Source: a virus | Direction: 5' to 3' (one strand) | IMG/VR virus record: IMGVR_UViG_3300036766_002288 | Span: 32,001-96,000 of that record | DNA: 64,000 nt | Shown: positions 9,751 to 19,615 of the stretch, in pieces | Layout: each line of letters begins with the position of its first letter | Position numbering within the stretch: the stretch's first letter is position 1 | The notes under the pieces: model-generated | What the model was told of the DNA's origin: nothing | Database searches by the model: none | The model's input: only the letters and a program-made list of their open reading frames with translations | Made by a program: the position numbers and the translations under genes

Positions 9751-10857
9751 ATGACGAACATGAAAGATGTAAATGCAGAGAAGTCTCTAGTCGAATGCCA
9801 AGATAGAGACAACGTAAACTCTGTAAACATTGATCCAGTTCCAAAACAATGTGACGATAATTGGCCTTCTCAGAAAAGAGTCCCAAGGAATCCACCTTTA
9901 GATTGGCGTCAAGTGCCCAAAATACCTGATACCAAACTAGGACAAACTGGAAACTGTGACCCTATTCAAACTGGTCAAATCGTAAATGATCTAGACACAC
10001 CAAACAGAGAAGTGGTTTATCGTTATGCTCGTGGCATACGTGCTAATGATGAAGCAATGTTGGATACATTTAGAAATATAAAAGTAATTGATGACCAAGG
10101 CCAGCAACACACTATTCCAATTATATGGGCCAGTCAAGAAAAAGCAGTAGATATGATACTGCAAGATAACGTTAGAAAAGATAATTCTTTAGTAGTTGAC
10201 AGAATCAGGCTCCCAATCATGGCGATTTGGAATAATGGCATGACTCCAGACCTAAAAAGATTTACTTACCAAAAAGCATACTCAATATTGCCTTGGTTAA
10301 GCATGGACGGGCATAGTCCTGGGTTTACTCAGCAAGAAAAATATCAGAAAGATACTTTTTTCGGGGTTACTAGAGGTTGGCCAGTAGACATAAGTTATGT
10401 TTTATACATATGGACTCTTTACGAAGAGGACATGAATCAAATTTTGGAACAATGTTTCTTAAAATTTTCTTCTGTTGCGTATCTACAAGTGAAGGGCGTT
10501 TATTGGGAAGTTATTGTTACACTGGATAGTACAGCCAACAATATTGACTTAGAACCAGGGGATGCCAAGGTCAGAGTTCTTAAATATCAACTCAACATGA
10601 CAGCAAAAAGTTACATTCCGCAGCCAATTTATAGGCTCAAGCATCTTCCACCGTCTATATGTTCAGACCCAACGGCCAAACCTGATGACTTAGTATTTCC
10701 AAGAACTCCTATGGCTCCTGACCTGGAAAATCCAGAAATGCCAGCAGGCGTCCCGATGAATACTATGGAAGTGATGACAGATGAAGAAATGAGAAAGGCT
10801 ATTGCGGAAGTCCGCAATAACTTAGCAGAACTTGAAAAATCTTTAATACAGAAATAA
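9751..10857 (+). CDS. tail terminator / sheath stabiliser, T4 gp15-like
   Basis: IPIIWASQEK, RIRLPIMAI, PVDISYVLYIWT...DMNQILEQ; directly upstream of sheath. Confidence 0.75.
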   Translation: MTNMKDVNAEKSLVECQDRDNVNSVNIDPVPKQCDDNWPSQKRVPRNPPLDWRQVPKIPDTKLGQTGNCDPIQTGQIVNDLDTPNREVVYRYARGIRANDEAMLDTFRNIKVIDDQGQQHTIPIIWASQEKAVDMILQDNVRKDNSLVVDRIRLPIMAIWNNGMTPDLKRFTYQKAYSILPWLSMDGHSPGFTQQEKYQKDTFFGVTRGWPVDISYVLYIWTLYEEDMNQILEQCFLKFSSVAYLQVKGVYWEVIVTLDSTANNIDLEPGDAKVRVLKYQLNMTAKSYIPQPIYRLKHLPPSICSDPTAKPDDLVFPRTPMAPDLENPEMPAGVPMNTMEVMTDEEMRKAIAEVRNNLAELEKSLIQK

Positions 10858-10859
10858 TT

Positions 10860-12116
10860 ATGAAAAAAACAGCACTAATAGGTCCAGCGGGCAAAGGCCC
10901 GATAAACACTCCAATATATGTTCACAACATACAAGAACTAGTTGATAATTTTGGGAGTCATTCAGACTTGGTAAGTACTGCTCAACATCTAATATTTTCT
11001 GGGCATACTCCTTTGATAGTAAGGGTGGCGGGGCCTCAATCTTTACAAACACCGTATGTGAGAATAAAAGACAAAAATCAAAAACTATGCATGGTTATTG
11101 GTGCTGACTCCCCAGGTTCAGAAGGCATCTTAACCAGCATAGATGTGAGTCATAATCAAGACGATACATTCAATTTAGAAGTTTATAACAGCGGTCAACG
11201 AGTAGAGTTTTGGGGTAATCTAAATTTACAGTCCGTCGAAGAGACAATTAATCTAGCTTCCAAGTGGATTAATTTAAAAATAGTAAACAAATCTTTACCC
11301 CCTCCTAAACTCTACCAATTAAAATGTGAAGAAAACTTATTCAACCCTCGCAAGGAAGATGAGCCTCACATATATTTAAATGGCCTAAGAACTTTAGAAG
11401 ATTTTGATATAGAATTTATTTCGATGCCAGGCTGTAGTTCAATCAAGGCTATTAATTTCGCCATAGAGCATTGTGAAGAAAGGGATCGAATTTTAGTAAT
11501 AGACTCCCCAAAAGGCTATAAGCTTTTGGAGACCTATAAATACTGCAAATATTTGACGCCATCGGACAACGCAATGATTGCATGGCCTTGGGTTCTTAAC
11601 AATAAATCATTCGCACCGCCTTCTGGGGTGATTCTATCCAATTTATTAAGTTGGTCCTTTGTGTGGCAACCTGGAAAATTAAAACTAACTGGCATTACTG
11701 GTACAGAGTTCGAGGCATTCTCAGATGAACTATCTTACATATCAAAAGAAAAACACATTATAAATATAATCAAAACAAACCCAGATTCTGTGATTAATAA
11801 CGTATTAAAAACACTGGATGGAAACAAAGTTTCAAAAAGAAGGCTATTAGCTGGTGTAAAGAGAGATATCAAGAAGGCGACCGTCGATTTGTTGCAGAAC
11901 TATAAGCCCACAGACCCTATCTTCAGGGGTAAATTTATGAGTGTAACCGAGTATATACTTAACCAGATCAGGGAGGATCAAGGAATTAATAATTCCTTGA
12001 TCCAGGTGAACGAATTGACAAAAGAGGAAGAATTTTCAGTAAGTATAGGGGTTCAACTAATAGATACTCTAGAATTTATAAATATCGAGTTTAAATTTCT
12101 TGATATAGGGGGATAA
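10860..12116 (+). CDS. short, divergent tail sheath-like protein (gp18 family)
   Basis: GPAGKGPINTP...ELVDNFG N-terminal sheath motif; C-terminal xxRRLL...GI...INIEF sheath domain. Confidence 0.75.
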   Translation: MKKTALIGPAGKGPINTPIYVHNIQELVDNFGSHSDLVSTAQHLIFSGHTPLIVRVAGPQSLQTPYVRIKDKNQKLCMVIGADSPGSEGILTSIDVSHNQDDTFNLEVYNSGQRVEFWGNLNLQSVEETINLASKWINLKIVNKSLPPPKLYQLKCEENLFNPRKEDEPHIYLNGLRTLEDFDIEFISMPGCSSIKAINFAIEHCEERDRILVIDSPKGYKLLETYKYCKYLTPSDNAMIAWPWVLNNKSFAPPSGVILSNLLSWSFVWQPGKLKLTGITGTEFEAFSDELSYISKEKHIINIIKTNPDSVINNVLKTLDGNKVSKRRLLAGVKRDIKKATVDLLQNYKPTDPIFRGKFMSVTEYILNQIREDQGINNSLIQVNELTKEEEFSVSIGVQLIDTLEFINIEFKFLDIGG

Positions 12117-12138
12117 ATAAAGATTAAGGAGATTCAAA

Positions 12139-12804
12139 ATGGCATGTGATATTGATACGTTAGACGAAGCTGCCGTAAGAACCGCTGCCGACCCGAATGA
12201 TTTATGCGGTGGTAATAAGCCTATGGGTCTTGGTGCATTGGGTAACGGAAGTATTATATTCAAACGAAAATTTCGTTGGACTTTGGAAATAGAATATTGC
12301 TGTAATAGTGATGGACCCCCTAAAGTCGTAGCTAAAGAATTCGTTAAAACTGGCAATAGACCACAAATTGAGTTTGATGAAGTTCAAATTGATTACTTGA
12401 ACGCCAGAACGTGGATTCCAGGCAAAGGCGTCTGGCAACCAATAGAGTTCACTTATTATGACGTTGCTGGGAACACAGCTGGAGTTGGTATTAATACAAG
12501 TTCCATTTTAGGTTGGATTGCAAGTATTTATGATTTCAATGAACCAGTATGTTTACCAATGAATAGTGCATTGCAAGCATATGAAGGTATCGGAAGACTT
12601 ATTCTATGGGATGGTTGCGGCAATCCTTTGGAAGGTTGGATATTAAGACATATGTGGCCAAAAACAGTTAATTGGGGTGATTTGGATATGACTAGCAATG
12701 ATGAATGCACAATCACATTGACGATGAGATATAGTGATGTATCCTACATTAGTTATTGCCCAGCACAAACTCTGGACAAGTGCCCATGCATTCCATGTCC
12801 ATAA
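12139..12804 (+). CDS. tail tube protein (gp19-like)
   Basis: KRKFRW...RPQIEFDEVQIDYLNARTWIPGKGVWQPIEFTYYD; WPKTVNWGDLD; TLTMRY. Confidence 0.8.
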   Translation: MACDIDTLDEAAVRTAADPNDLCGGNKPMGLGALGNGSIIFKRKFRWTLEIEYCCNSDGPPKVVAKEFVKTGNRPQIEFDEVQIDYLNARTWIPGKGVWQPIEFTYYDVAGNTAGVGINTSSILGWIASIYDFNEPVCLPMNSALQAYEGIGRLILWDGCGNPLEGWILRHMWPKTVNWGDLDMTSNDECTITLTMRYSDVSYISYCPAQTLDKCPCIPCP

Positions 12805-12819
12805 TTTCATTAAGTTTCG

Positions 12820-12850
12820 AAGAGGGGCGAATTTTCGTCCCTCTTTTTTT
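12820..12850 (+). terminator. intrinsic terminator
   Basis: AAGAGGGGCGAA/TTCGTCCCTCTT stem plus T-run after tube gene. Confidence 0.85.
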
Positions 12851-12873
12851 ATATATAAACAAAGAGGTATTAT

Positions 12874-13671
12874 ATGGTATGTCAAGGTCAGCCAATGGGC
12901 TTTTATCGTGGTGAATGGGGTTCAGATGGCACCACGTTAAATTTCAACCCAAAACAGAAATCCAGATGGCTATTTCAAATACAAAATATTACAAGCGGTG
13001 ATGCTGGGTCTGGGCCATTACCTTGCATTAGAGCATCACGACCTAAACTACAATTCCGCCAAATGCAAGCAGAACACTTAAATGAGACAATATCTTATCC
13101 AAGTAAACCAGATTGGCAACCAATTCAAATTGTAATCTACGATAGATGTATATCATTTGAACACCCAATTATGACATGGTTGAGACAGCAATATGATCCT
13201 AGTCCTGTTGGTTGCAGTGCTTGGTATCCCTGCATTGATCCTTTGTCTTTTAAGACCTGTGCGCAGTTACTTTTGCTAGATGGATGTGGTAATATTGTTG
13301 AATCATGGACATTGGAACATTGCTATCCAGAAAATGTTGATTTTGGTGAACTTGACATGTCAAACATGGAAATTATTACAGCTGATGTGACACTAAGATA
13401 TGACCGTGCATTTCAAACGTTTCCAGTTGAGCCACATCCTTTATACCCAAGTGAGCCACATCCTTTATACCCAAGCACTACTTGTACATCCTGTGTTGAT
13501 CCAACATGTGATGAGTCTGAAGAAGGCGGCAGTGGCGGTGTTGATAACTCTGGTGGTAGTCAAAATCAACCTTCCAATGATACTAATGTATTCCCACCTG
13601 GCCCTGGAGGGGTCCAGACTAATCCTGGTTTTGCCCCTAGAATTGTGATTCCTGATTTTAGTATGATTTAA
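12874..13671 (+). CDS. second tail tube-like protein with low-complexity C-tail
   Basis: KQKSRW...RPKLQF...EHLNETISYPSKPDWQPI; YPENVDFGELD; VTLRYD. Confidence 0.75.
   Translation: MVCQGQPMGFYRGEWGSDGTTLNFNPKQKSRWLFQIQNITSGDAGSGPLPCIRASRPKLQFRQMQAEHLNETISYPSKPDWQPIQIVIYDRCISFEHPIMTWLRQQYDPSPVGCSAWYPCIDPLSFKTCAQLLLLDGCGNIVESWTLEHCYPENVDFGELDMSNMEIITADVTLRYDRAFQTFPVEPHPLYPSEPHPLYPSTTCTSCVDPTCDESEEGGSGGVDNSGGSQNQPSNDTNVFPPGPGGVQTNPGFAPRIVIPDFSMI
13428..13475 (+). repeat. perfect tandem 24-nt duplication (EPHPLYPS x2)
   Basis: TGAGCCACATCCTTTATACCCAAG twice. Confidence 0.9.
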
Positions 13672-13901
13672 TATTCAAACAATCCAGGAAAAAGACTTTT
13701 ACATTCTTCAATAATGTCTTCCAATTGTTTTGTTCTACAGTCCAAAACTCGACAAGCCCCGCTTTTGTTTAGTCTGCCTTTTTTTGTATAAACTTTAGAT
13801 TCATTTGTTAATAAAGCATCTATAATTTTACCATAACCCTTATCTATCAGTATTTGAATGATCTCTTGTTGTTCAATCGCTTCAAGCGAATTTTTCGACA
13901 T
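13668..13901 (-). CDS. hypothetical protein
   Basis: ORF track; GGGG SD-like upstream. Confidence 0.65.
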   Translation of the reverse strand: MSKNSLEAIEQQEIIQILIDKGYGKIIDALLTNESKVYTKKGRLNKSGACRVLDCRTKQLEDIIEECKSLFPGLFEY

Positions 13902-13964
13902 AAAAACCCCCTATTTAAATTAGAATTGATTATATATTAAAATTACAGTGTTGCAACATTAATC

Positions 13965-14381
13965 TTATGGATCAAGGTCGGGACTGTCATCCCAATTATA
14001 AACTCCATATGGGCAATAAGTTACAGGATACCAGCATTCATCAGGCTGACACCAGTAATACCATCCGCCAATATGTGGATTCCAATAGCAGAATGTGCCG
14101 AAATTCACAAACCACTTATGATGGGTCCAATGATTCCATTTAAAACCTTTATAACTATAGCCCCAATTATACTTTACGACTCCGACTTGTTTGAAATGAG
14201 GGTGATTATGATTAATAATAACCGTTGTGTTGTTGTTGTTAATGGTGTTGTTGTGGTTATGATTTGGTGGGGTGTTTGGTTTTTTTGGTGGATTTGGTGG
14301 GGTTGGAACAGGGACAGGAAGGGCCGCACTTAAAGGAATGGAAACTACAAACGCTAAAACTAAACCTAATATATATTTCAT
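13965..14381 (-). CDS. secreted His/Trp/Tyr/Cys-rich protein
   Basis: signal peptide, Pro/Asn linker, YGxxF...HW...WYYWCxP...WYPVTYCP domain. Confidence 0.7.
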   Translation of the reverse strand: MKYILGLVLAFVVSIPLSAALPVPVPTPPNPPKKPNTPPNHNHNNTINNNNTTVIINHNHPHFKQVGVVKYNWGYSYKGFKWNHWTHHKWFVNFGTFCYWNPHIGGWYYWCQPDECWYPVTYCPYGVYNWDDSPDLDP

Positions 14382-14401
14382 AAAATCTCCTTAATTTTTA
14401 T

Positions 14402-14932
14402 TTAGAACTGACCTTTGGCAACGTAATTATTGGGATTGTTAGGTTTGTGTTTTAGTAGAACTTTTTCAACTTGGCTTTGTAAGAAATCGTGATATTTTTT
14501 CTTCAATTCGTTATAATTACGGGCAGTACGGTACAATTGTCGATAATGGTTTAGTATGCAAGTAGTCATATAATTGAATGCTTTGCCTTTAAGAGGGTCA
14601 AAACGATCAATTTTTTCAAAACAAATCATTACGCCTTCTTGTATAGCATCATCCATGTCTATCAAGTTAAATTTTCTTACAATGTTCTCCGATAAAGTTA
14701 AGAAAGCAACAGCTAATTGTGTCTGGGAGTCACTATAGGATTGTTTGGCTGTTGAATACAAGTCAGTTAAATTTTTCAATTTTTGATGAATTACAACGTT
14801 CTTATTCCCTCGCTTCTTTGACGCCTCTAAATCTTCAATACATATCTCGTATTTGATCTTTTCCCTTTTAGACTGTTGAAACCTATTAATAACTTCCTCA
14901 AATATTCTGTTATTAAGATATTCTGTACTCAA
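14402..14932 (-). CDS. sigma factor, T4 gp55-like late sigma
   Basis: DDAIQEGVMICFEKIDRFDPLKGKAFNYMTTCILN region-2 motif; TTG start after GGAGG. Confidence 0.8.
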   Translation of the reverse strand: MSTEYLNNRIFEEVINRFQQSKREKIKYEICIEDLEASKKRGNKNVVIHQKLKNLTDLYSTAKQSYSDSQTQLAVAFLTLSENIVRKFNLIDMDDAIQEGVMICFEKIDRFDPLKGKAFNYMTTCILNHYRQLYRTARNYNELKKKYHDFLQSQVEKVLLKHKPNNPNNYVAKGQF

Positions 14933-14966
14933 ATGCCTCCTAGAAGAAAAATTAAAGCCTATCTAT

Positions 14967-15833
14967 CTATGTCATATCACACGTTTTTCTTACTTTCTTC
15001 CATTCAGTCATTCTTTCGAGTGCCTCTAATTTAGCTTCTTCAAACCATTCTTGCGCCTGTTTATAATAGTCTGGACTGTATAGTTTGCCAGAAGTATAAC
15101 TCCTAATGTGGTCTATATTATCATCTGTTTGTCTGCTGAAATTTTCTTCATGCCCTATTAAATGAGGTTTAATCTTAAATTGTCTTAGGATCATATTGCC
15201 TAAGATTTCTGTATCTGGCCAATTTGGACGTAACGGACTAGGCTTATAATCTACGATATCATGCATATTACAGAGTCTTCTCAAACTCCAACCAAATCCT
15301 ATTTTGTCCATTACTGGCATGTGGTATATGGTTGCAGTGTGAGACACCATGCCACGCCAGTCGTTGTGCATTCTAGGGGACATTTCGTAGCCTACGACAG
15401 GTGAAACTGTGCTGGCCAATTGAACTAATTCTTTAATAAACCCTTGATTTCTTAGGAAACAATCTGCATGAGTAGCAAATAGAAACTCTGTCCTACATAA
15501 AGCAAAAGCAGTGTCCATCGCCATAGCTGGAAAATCACTTGGATGTTGCACCCCATTTAACTGAAAAAAATGCACTTCTAAATCATCCGCTTGCAAGCTA
15601 CGTATTCTTTCTAATTGCTTTCCCCTACTTCCAGTGTCAATAATCATTATGTAAGGCTGTTCTGTTTGGAGTCTCAACAATGCAATACATATTTCTAAAG
15701 TCTCAAAGGTATCCATCACAGGGATAACCGCAGTAACCTTATATTCCCAAGGTTTTTTAGGGGAATTTCCTTCCCACGGTGAAGTGGTTGTATTTATCCC
15801 AAAACCTCTTAATGGAGCAATGTCTTCTTTCAT
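14967..15833 (-). CDS. glycosyltransferase family 2 (GT-A)
   Basis: VTAVIPV...IIDTGS...ATHADCF (DxD-like). Confidence 0.75.
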   Translation of the reverse strand: MKEDIAPLRGFGINTTTSPWEGNSPKKPWEYKVTAVIPVMDTFETLEICIALLRLQTEQPYIMIIDTGSRGKQLERIRSLQADDLEVHFFQLNGVQHPSDFPAMAMDTAFALCRTEFLFATHADCFLRNQGFIKELVQLASTVSPVVGYEMSPRMHNDWRGMVSHTATIYHMPVMDKIGFGWSLRRLCNMHDIVDYKPSPLRPNWPDTEILGNMILRQFKIKPHLIGHEENFSRQTDDNIDHIRSYTSGKLYSPDYYKQAQEWFEEAKLEALERMTEWKKVRKTCDMT

Positions 15834-15852
15834 TTATTTACTCATTTAATTC

Positions 15853-16032
15853 ATGCAGTTAATCGAAGCACTCTATAAAATAGTAGAAAACCCTAGTTCT
15901 TTACAGAATTATAAAAACATCCAGGAATATTATCAAGAAAAAGGCATGGAAAATATTGCCGCAGCCTTCAGTAACCTCATAGAAGTGAGATATGCTAACA
16001 GTCCTAATATTGAACAAGACAAACAAGATTGA
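15853..16032 (+). CDS. 59-aa hypothetical protein MQLIEALYKIVENP...
   Basis: read manually; ATG 15853 to TGA 16030. Confidence 0.55.
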   Translation: MQLIEALYKIVENPSSLQNYKNIQEYYQEKGMENIAAAFSNLIEVRYANSPNIEQDKQD

Positions 16033-16912
16033 AAGAACTTTGCAATCTGCATTAAGTTTGAATCCAAAACAAATTTTAATTGGAACATACGTACCTATTA
16101 ATTCAAAATGGGAAGTCGTTGATCTGCACAATAACAACAATTACAGTGCAGATTTAAATAAATTAATAGAACGAACCAAGACGGACTGGATTTTTTATAT
16201 CAAAGAAAACGAGGTTGTTTTACAGACCGATGATATATCATGTCTAGATGAAAATGCAGCTTATGGTGTGCAAATATTACAAGACGATATCATTACAAAA
16301 GAACCTCGATTATGGAATAAGCGCAAGAAAGCTAATTTCAAAAATCCAGTTTTCGAAAAACTAAATATTAGCCCAACAAAATTCCTAGATATTATCCTTT
16401 ATCAAGAAAAATCCAACGACGAAAAAGAATCAAAAATACTAGAAGGCTGGAAAAAATCAAATCCTCTAGCTTTAGACCCGTACTATTACAAGGCTTTTTA
16501 TTCGTTAAGTAACAAAAATTTTAAAGAATTCAAGTCATTAATTACCTATTATCTATTTAATTCAAGACACAACGATACATCGTGTGTAATAGCCAGATAT
16601 TATCTGGCTTTTGTACAAGGTTTAATAGGAAATGAGACGGACGAAGCCATCAATAATTTGGTACTTTGTCTTGCTGAAAATCCATTAATGGCAGAATTTT
16701 GGTGTTTGTTGGGAGATATATTCGTCAAATCTAACAATTTCGAAAAAGCTAATATTTTTTATCAAAATGCAATTTTACTAGGCGGTAGGCGATTGAAACT
16801 GGACGAATGGCCAATGCACATCTCAAAATATCAAGATTATCCCAAAGAAATGATTGAAAAATGCACCAAACTAGTTGATACAGCCCAGCAAATAACAATT
16901 AAGCCTGGCTAA
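15992..16912 (+). CDS. degenerate glycosyltransferase-like / TPR-containing protein
   Basis: TDWIFY..ENE, EPRLW, TPR-like AEFWCLLGDIF...A..FYQNA. Confidence 0.6.
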   Translation: MLTVLILNKTNKIERTLQSALSLNPKQILIGTYVPINSKWEVVDLHNNNNYSADLNKLIERTKTDWIFYIKENEVVLQTDDISCLDENAAYGVQILQDDIITKEPRLWNKRKKANFKNPVFEKLNISPTKFLDIILYQEKSNDEKESKILEGWKKSNPLALDPYYYKAFYSLSNKNFKEFKSLITYYLFNSRHNDTSCVIARYYLAFVQGLIGNETDEAINNLVLCLAENPLMAEFWCLLGDIFVKSNNFEKANIFYQNAILLGGRRLKLDEWPMHISKYQDYPKEMIEKCTKLVDTAQQITIKPG

Positions 16913-17279
16913 AATCTAATTCATTTACAATGACCGTAACTTGGTCTTCCCATCTACTAACAGCTATAGATTTTGTCCCAGGTGCAAGTTCTTTCAACTT
17001 GCTTTCTAGTTGGTCAACATGACAGTTAATAACAGTCCAGTTGTTTTTTACCAATGGTGGCAATTCAAAGTCTGGATTAACTACTTCTTGATTAGGATAC
17101 CGATCTCTTAATTGCTGCGATGCGTATTTAAGGATGTTTCTATAAATAGGCAGATTGCATGGGCAACTTGGGTTTTTCTCGTACTTAATAATGTCTTCGT
17201 GAAGCTCAGGGGGCAGGCTTTGTCTAAAGTTGGTATCTTTCAAAGCCTCCTGCACCTCTTTTATTGATATCTTGTTCAT
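16899..17279 (-). CDS. hypothetical protein
   Basis: ORF track; likely start MNKISIKE. Confidence 0.6.
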   Translation of the reverse strand: MNKISIKEVQEALKDTNFRQSLPPELHEDIIKYEKNPSCPCNLPIYRNILKYASQQLRDRYPNQEVVNPDFELPPLVKNNWTVINCHVDQLESKLKELAPGTKSIAVSRWEDQVTVIVNELDFSQA

Positions 17280-17529
17280 TATCATTCTTGGTTTCAAGTT
17301 CTTTTTCCTTAATTTTTTTGGCGGAAAGAAGTCGGCCACATTTTGGGCATTTATATTTCTTTGGCAAAGAAATTAGCGGTGATGGCTTCGAAGTTCTGCC
17401 AGTTTCTGGGTCTAATTTGGGTATCCCGCCTTGTATCTTACTTCTTTTATACTCAACTAATTTTATATTAGCCCCATCTGAATAGAGATTAAACCCACAA
17501 ATTTCACAGTTCAATCTATAGTAAGCCAT
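17224..17529 (-). CDS. Zn-ribbon hypothetical protein
   Basis: CEICG and CPKCG motifs. Confidence 0.65.
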   Translation of the reverse strand: MAYYRLNCEICGFNLYSDGANIKLVEYKRSKIQGGIPKLDPETGRTSKPSPLISLPKKYKCPKCGRLLSAKKIKEKELETKNDNEQDINKRGAGGFERYQL

Positions 17530-17846
17530 TATTTCCCTTCTTCACTAGGCGGCATATTTATAAATGTTGCTGCTTCTAAATAATTCATAAATACTGCAAC
17601 AAAATTTGCTATGAAACTAGACGCAAACCCGCCTACTATGATCTGCCAAGGTGCGATAGTGGGAAATGCCGCCCAAGCACAAAATAATCCACACCAAAAC
17701 CCAGAACATTGGTAACAATGAATTAATTTTGCAATTTTTTCTGGAAGGTGTTTATCAAAACCATCTCTTATTGGCTGCATAATCGTGCTGTCCACGACAA
17801 TATGAGTCAACCCAATAGACCCAAAAATAAACAAAATAATTTCCAT
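17529..17846 (-). CDS. small membrane protein (DUF1360-like)
   Basis: CYQCSGFWCG motif between hydrophobic helices. Confidence 0.6.
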   Translation of the reverse strand: MEIILFIFGSIGLTHIVVDSTIMQPIRDGFDKHLPEKIAKLIHCYQCSGFWCGLFCAWAAFPTIAPWQIIVGGFASSFIANFVAVFMNYLEAATFINMPPSEEGK

Positions 17847-17860
17847 AAAATCTCCTAAGA

Positions 17861-18229
17861 TTAACGTATTAGAGTAATAGATAATTTATCTGCATTTCTG
17901 CTAATAGCAATATTATTGTATCCATTACAATTAGTCAATGCGCTTTCGAGCGGACCCACTAGAGATAACTCTAAATTTTTCACAATATGGTGGTCTAAAC
18001 GTTCAATGAATACCATGTGATTAAATAACCTCGCCAGTTTCTCTACGTGGGTTCCATCGAGAGCATTCAGCAGATCAAGAAGTGCCTGCTTTCTCATGTG
18101 TGTGAGAGCAGGAAATCGGTAGCTTAAAAGCCATTGGTCAAAGATATGTCTAAGGTCTGGAAGGGCTATTTTTACCTTGGAATTTTTAAACAACAATGTT
18201 TCTACATTTTGCAGATTTATAGTTATCAT
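17861..18229 (-). CDS. hypothetical protein
   Basis: ORF track. Confidence 0.65.
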   Translation of the reverse strand: MITINLQNVETLLFKNSKVKIALPDLRHIFDQWLLSYRFPALTHMRKQALLDLLNALDGTHVEKLARLFNHMVFIERLDHHIVKNLELSLVGPLESALTNCNGYNNIAISRNADKLSITLIR

Positions 18230-18257
18230 ACTACTTTATTTAGTAAAAGGAGATTAT

Positions 18258-19349
18258 ATGACAGACATGAATAGAGGTCAAGAGAATAATCCAGAGTCCC
18301 CAATACAGTTTAAGGGAAAGGCACCTCCACAATTTTTCAAAGCTTTAAAACAGTTAAAAGAAGAAAAAAACGACTCTGATATTTCTCGTGGCAAAGACCC
18401 ATATGCGGACATAAGTGCTGCGGCTCCCGCTCCCGAAGAAATGCCAACAGCACCTACCCCACCGCCTGTGCAAAAGAAGCAATATACACCACCAAAACAG
18501 CATCAAACCAAAGCTCGTGTAACTGGTAGTCCCCAATTAGAAGACTTACTAGCTAATTTGATTGACCAAGGCGTGACATATGATGAAATCACGCTCCCAT
18601 CTAGGGGTGTTTTCTATAGCGGCAATGATGGCCCAGCCAATGGTGTATTGCATGTCAGGTCGATGACAGGTGAAGAAGAACAGATTTTATCTACACCTCG
18701 ATATGTTAAAAGGGGTACAGCTATTAATATGATCTTTCAGCGATGTGTTAAGGAAAATATCAAAGCTGATACACTATTAACGGTAGACAGAACTTACTTA
18801 CTAATTTGGTTGAGAGGTATATCTTATGGACATGAATATGAAGTGGAAATTAAATGCCCTGATTGCGATAAGAAATTCAACCATACGATCAATTTAAGTG
18901 AATTAATGGTAAATTACTGCCCAGCGGACATGTCTCCTCCATTAATGGACGTATTGCCCAAGTGTGGATATAAATTCATTTGGCATTTGCCAAAAGGCAT
19001 GGATGAAAATAAAGTTCAAGACTACAGAGATAAAAGGTTAAAGGAATTTGGTGATTCTGGAACCGATGATAGCTTAATATATAGAATGTCTTTAATGTTG
19101 GACGAGATAGAAGGCGTTAAAGATAAGACGGAATTGATGCTTCTTTTAAAAAAGCTGCCAATTCAGGATGTTTCATACTTAAGGAGTTTAACCCTGGACC
19201 CACCTTTTGGCGTTGATACGAAGTGCCAGATTACCTGTGCTTCTTGCTATCACGACTTTGAGGTTGAGTTACCATTGGAGGCAGGTTTTTTCTTCCCACG
19301 GCACAAACGGAAGAAGGAGGGGACATCCTCGGATTCTGGAAATATCTGA
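18258..19349 (+). CDS. baseplate hub / tail assembly chaperone, T4 gp26-like
   Basis: ITLPSRGVFY...RSMTGEEEQIL...DRTYLLIWLRGISYG...CPDC...CASC...LPLEAGFFFP; SD AAAGGAG before 18258. Confidence 0.75.
   Translation: MTDMNRGQENNPESPIQFKGKAPPQFFKALKQLKEEKNDSDISRGKDPYADISAAAPAPEEMPTAPTPPPVQKKQYTPPKQHQTKARVTGSPQLEDLLANLIDQGVTYDEITLPSRGVFYSGNDGPANGVLHVRSMTGEEEQILSTPRYVKRGTAINMIFQRCVKENIKADTLLTVDRTYLLIWLRGISYGHEYEVEIKCPDCDKKFNHTINLSELMVNYCPADMSPPLMDVLPKCGYKFIWHLPKGMDENKVQDYRDKRLKEFGDSGTDDSLIYRMSLMLDEIEGVKDKTELMLLLKKLPIQDVSYLRSLTLDPPFGVDTKCQITCASCYHDFEVELPLEAGFFFPRHKRKKEGTSSDSGNI
19286..19292 (+). other. candidate -1 slippery heptamer T-TTT-TTC
   Basis: in-frame GGT TTT TTC; -1 frame open 19268-19504. 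Confidence 0.5.
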
Positions 19350-19504
19350 TGGATGAGCAATTCTTTTTCTTATATCATCTAAATACTTCTAGGACGGATT
19401 TTTTGAAGTATCCTATAAATGAGAGAAAGTATTTAATAGCTAAATTTATTGAGCAGAAAGAAAAAGAACATGAGTATATGGAAAAAGCGAGAAGGAAGAC
19501 TTAA
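19349..19504 (+). CDS. small gp51 C-terminal-like ORF (MDEQFFFLYHL...YPINERKYLI)
   Basis: read manually; resembles gp51 tail motif P-x-E-R-x-x-x-I; TGATG overlap with upstream gene. Confidence 0.7.
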   Translation: MDEQFFFLYHLNTSRTDFLKYPINERKYLIAKFIEQKEKEHEYMEKARRKT

Positions 19505-19615
19505 TTTCAAGAATTATTGGCTTCAGAAAAGCGAACAGAAAAGAGAAGAAAAAGAATGGAATACAAAATTAGAAGAAATCGCCAAAACAGTCACTAAATT
19601 CATCAGGAGTAATTA

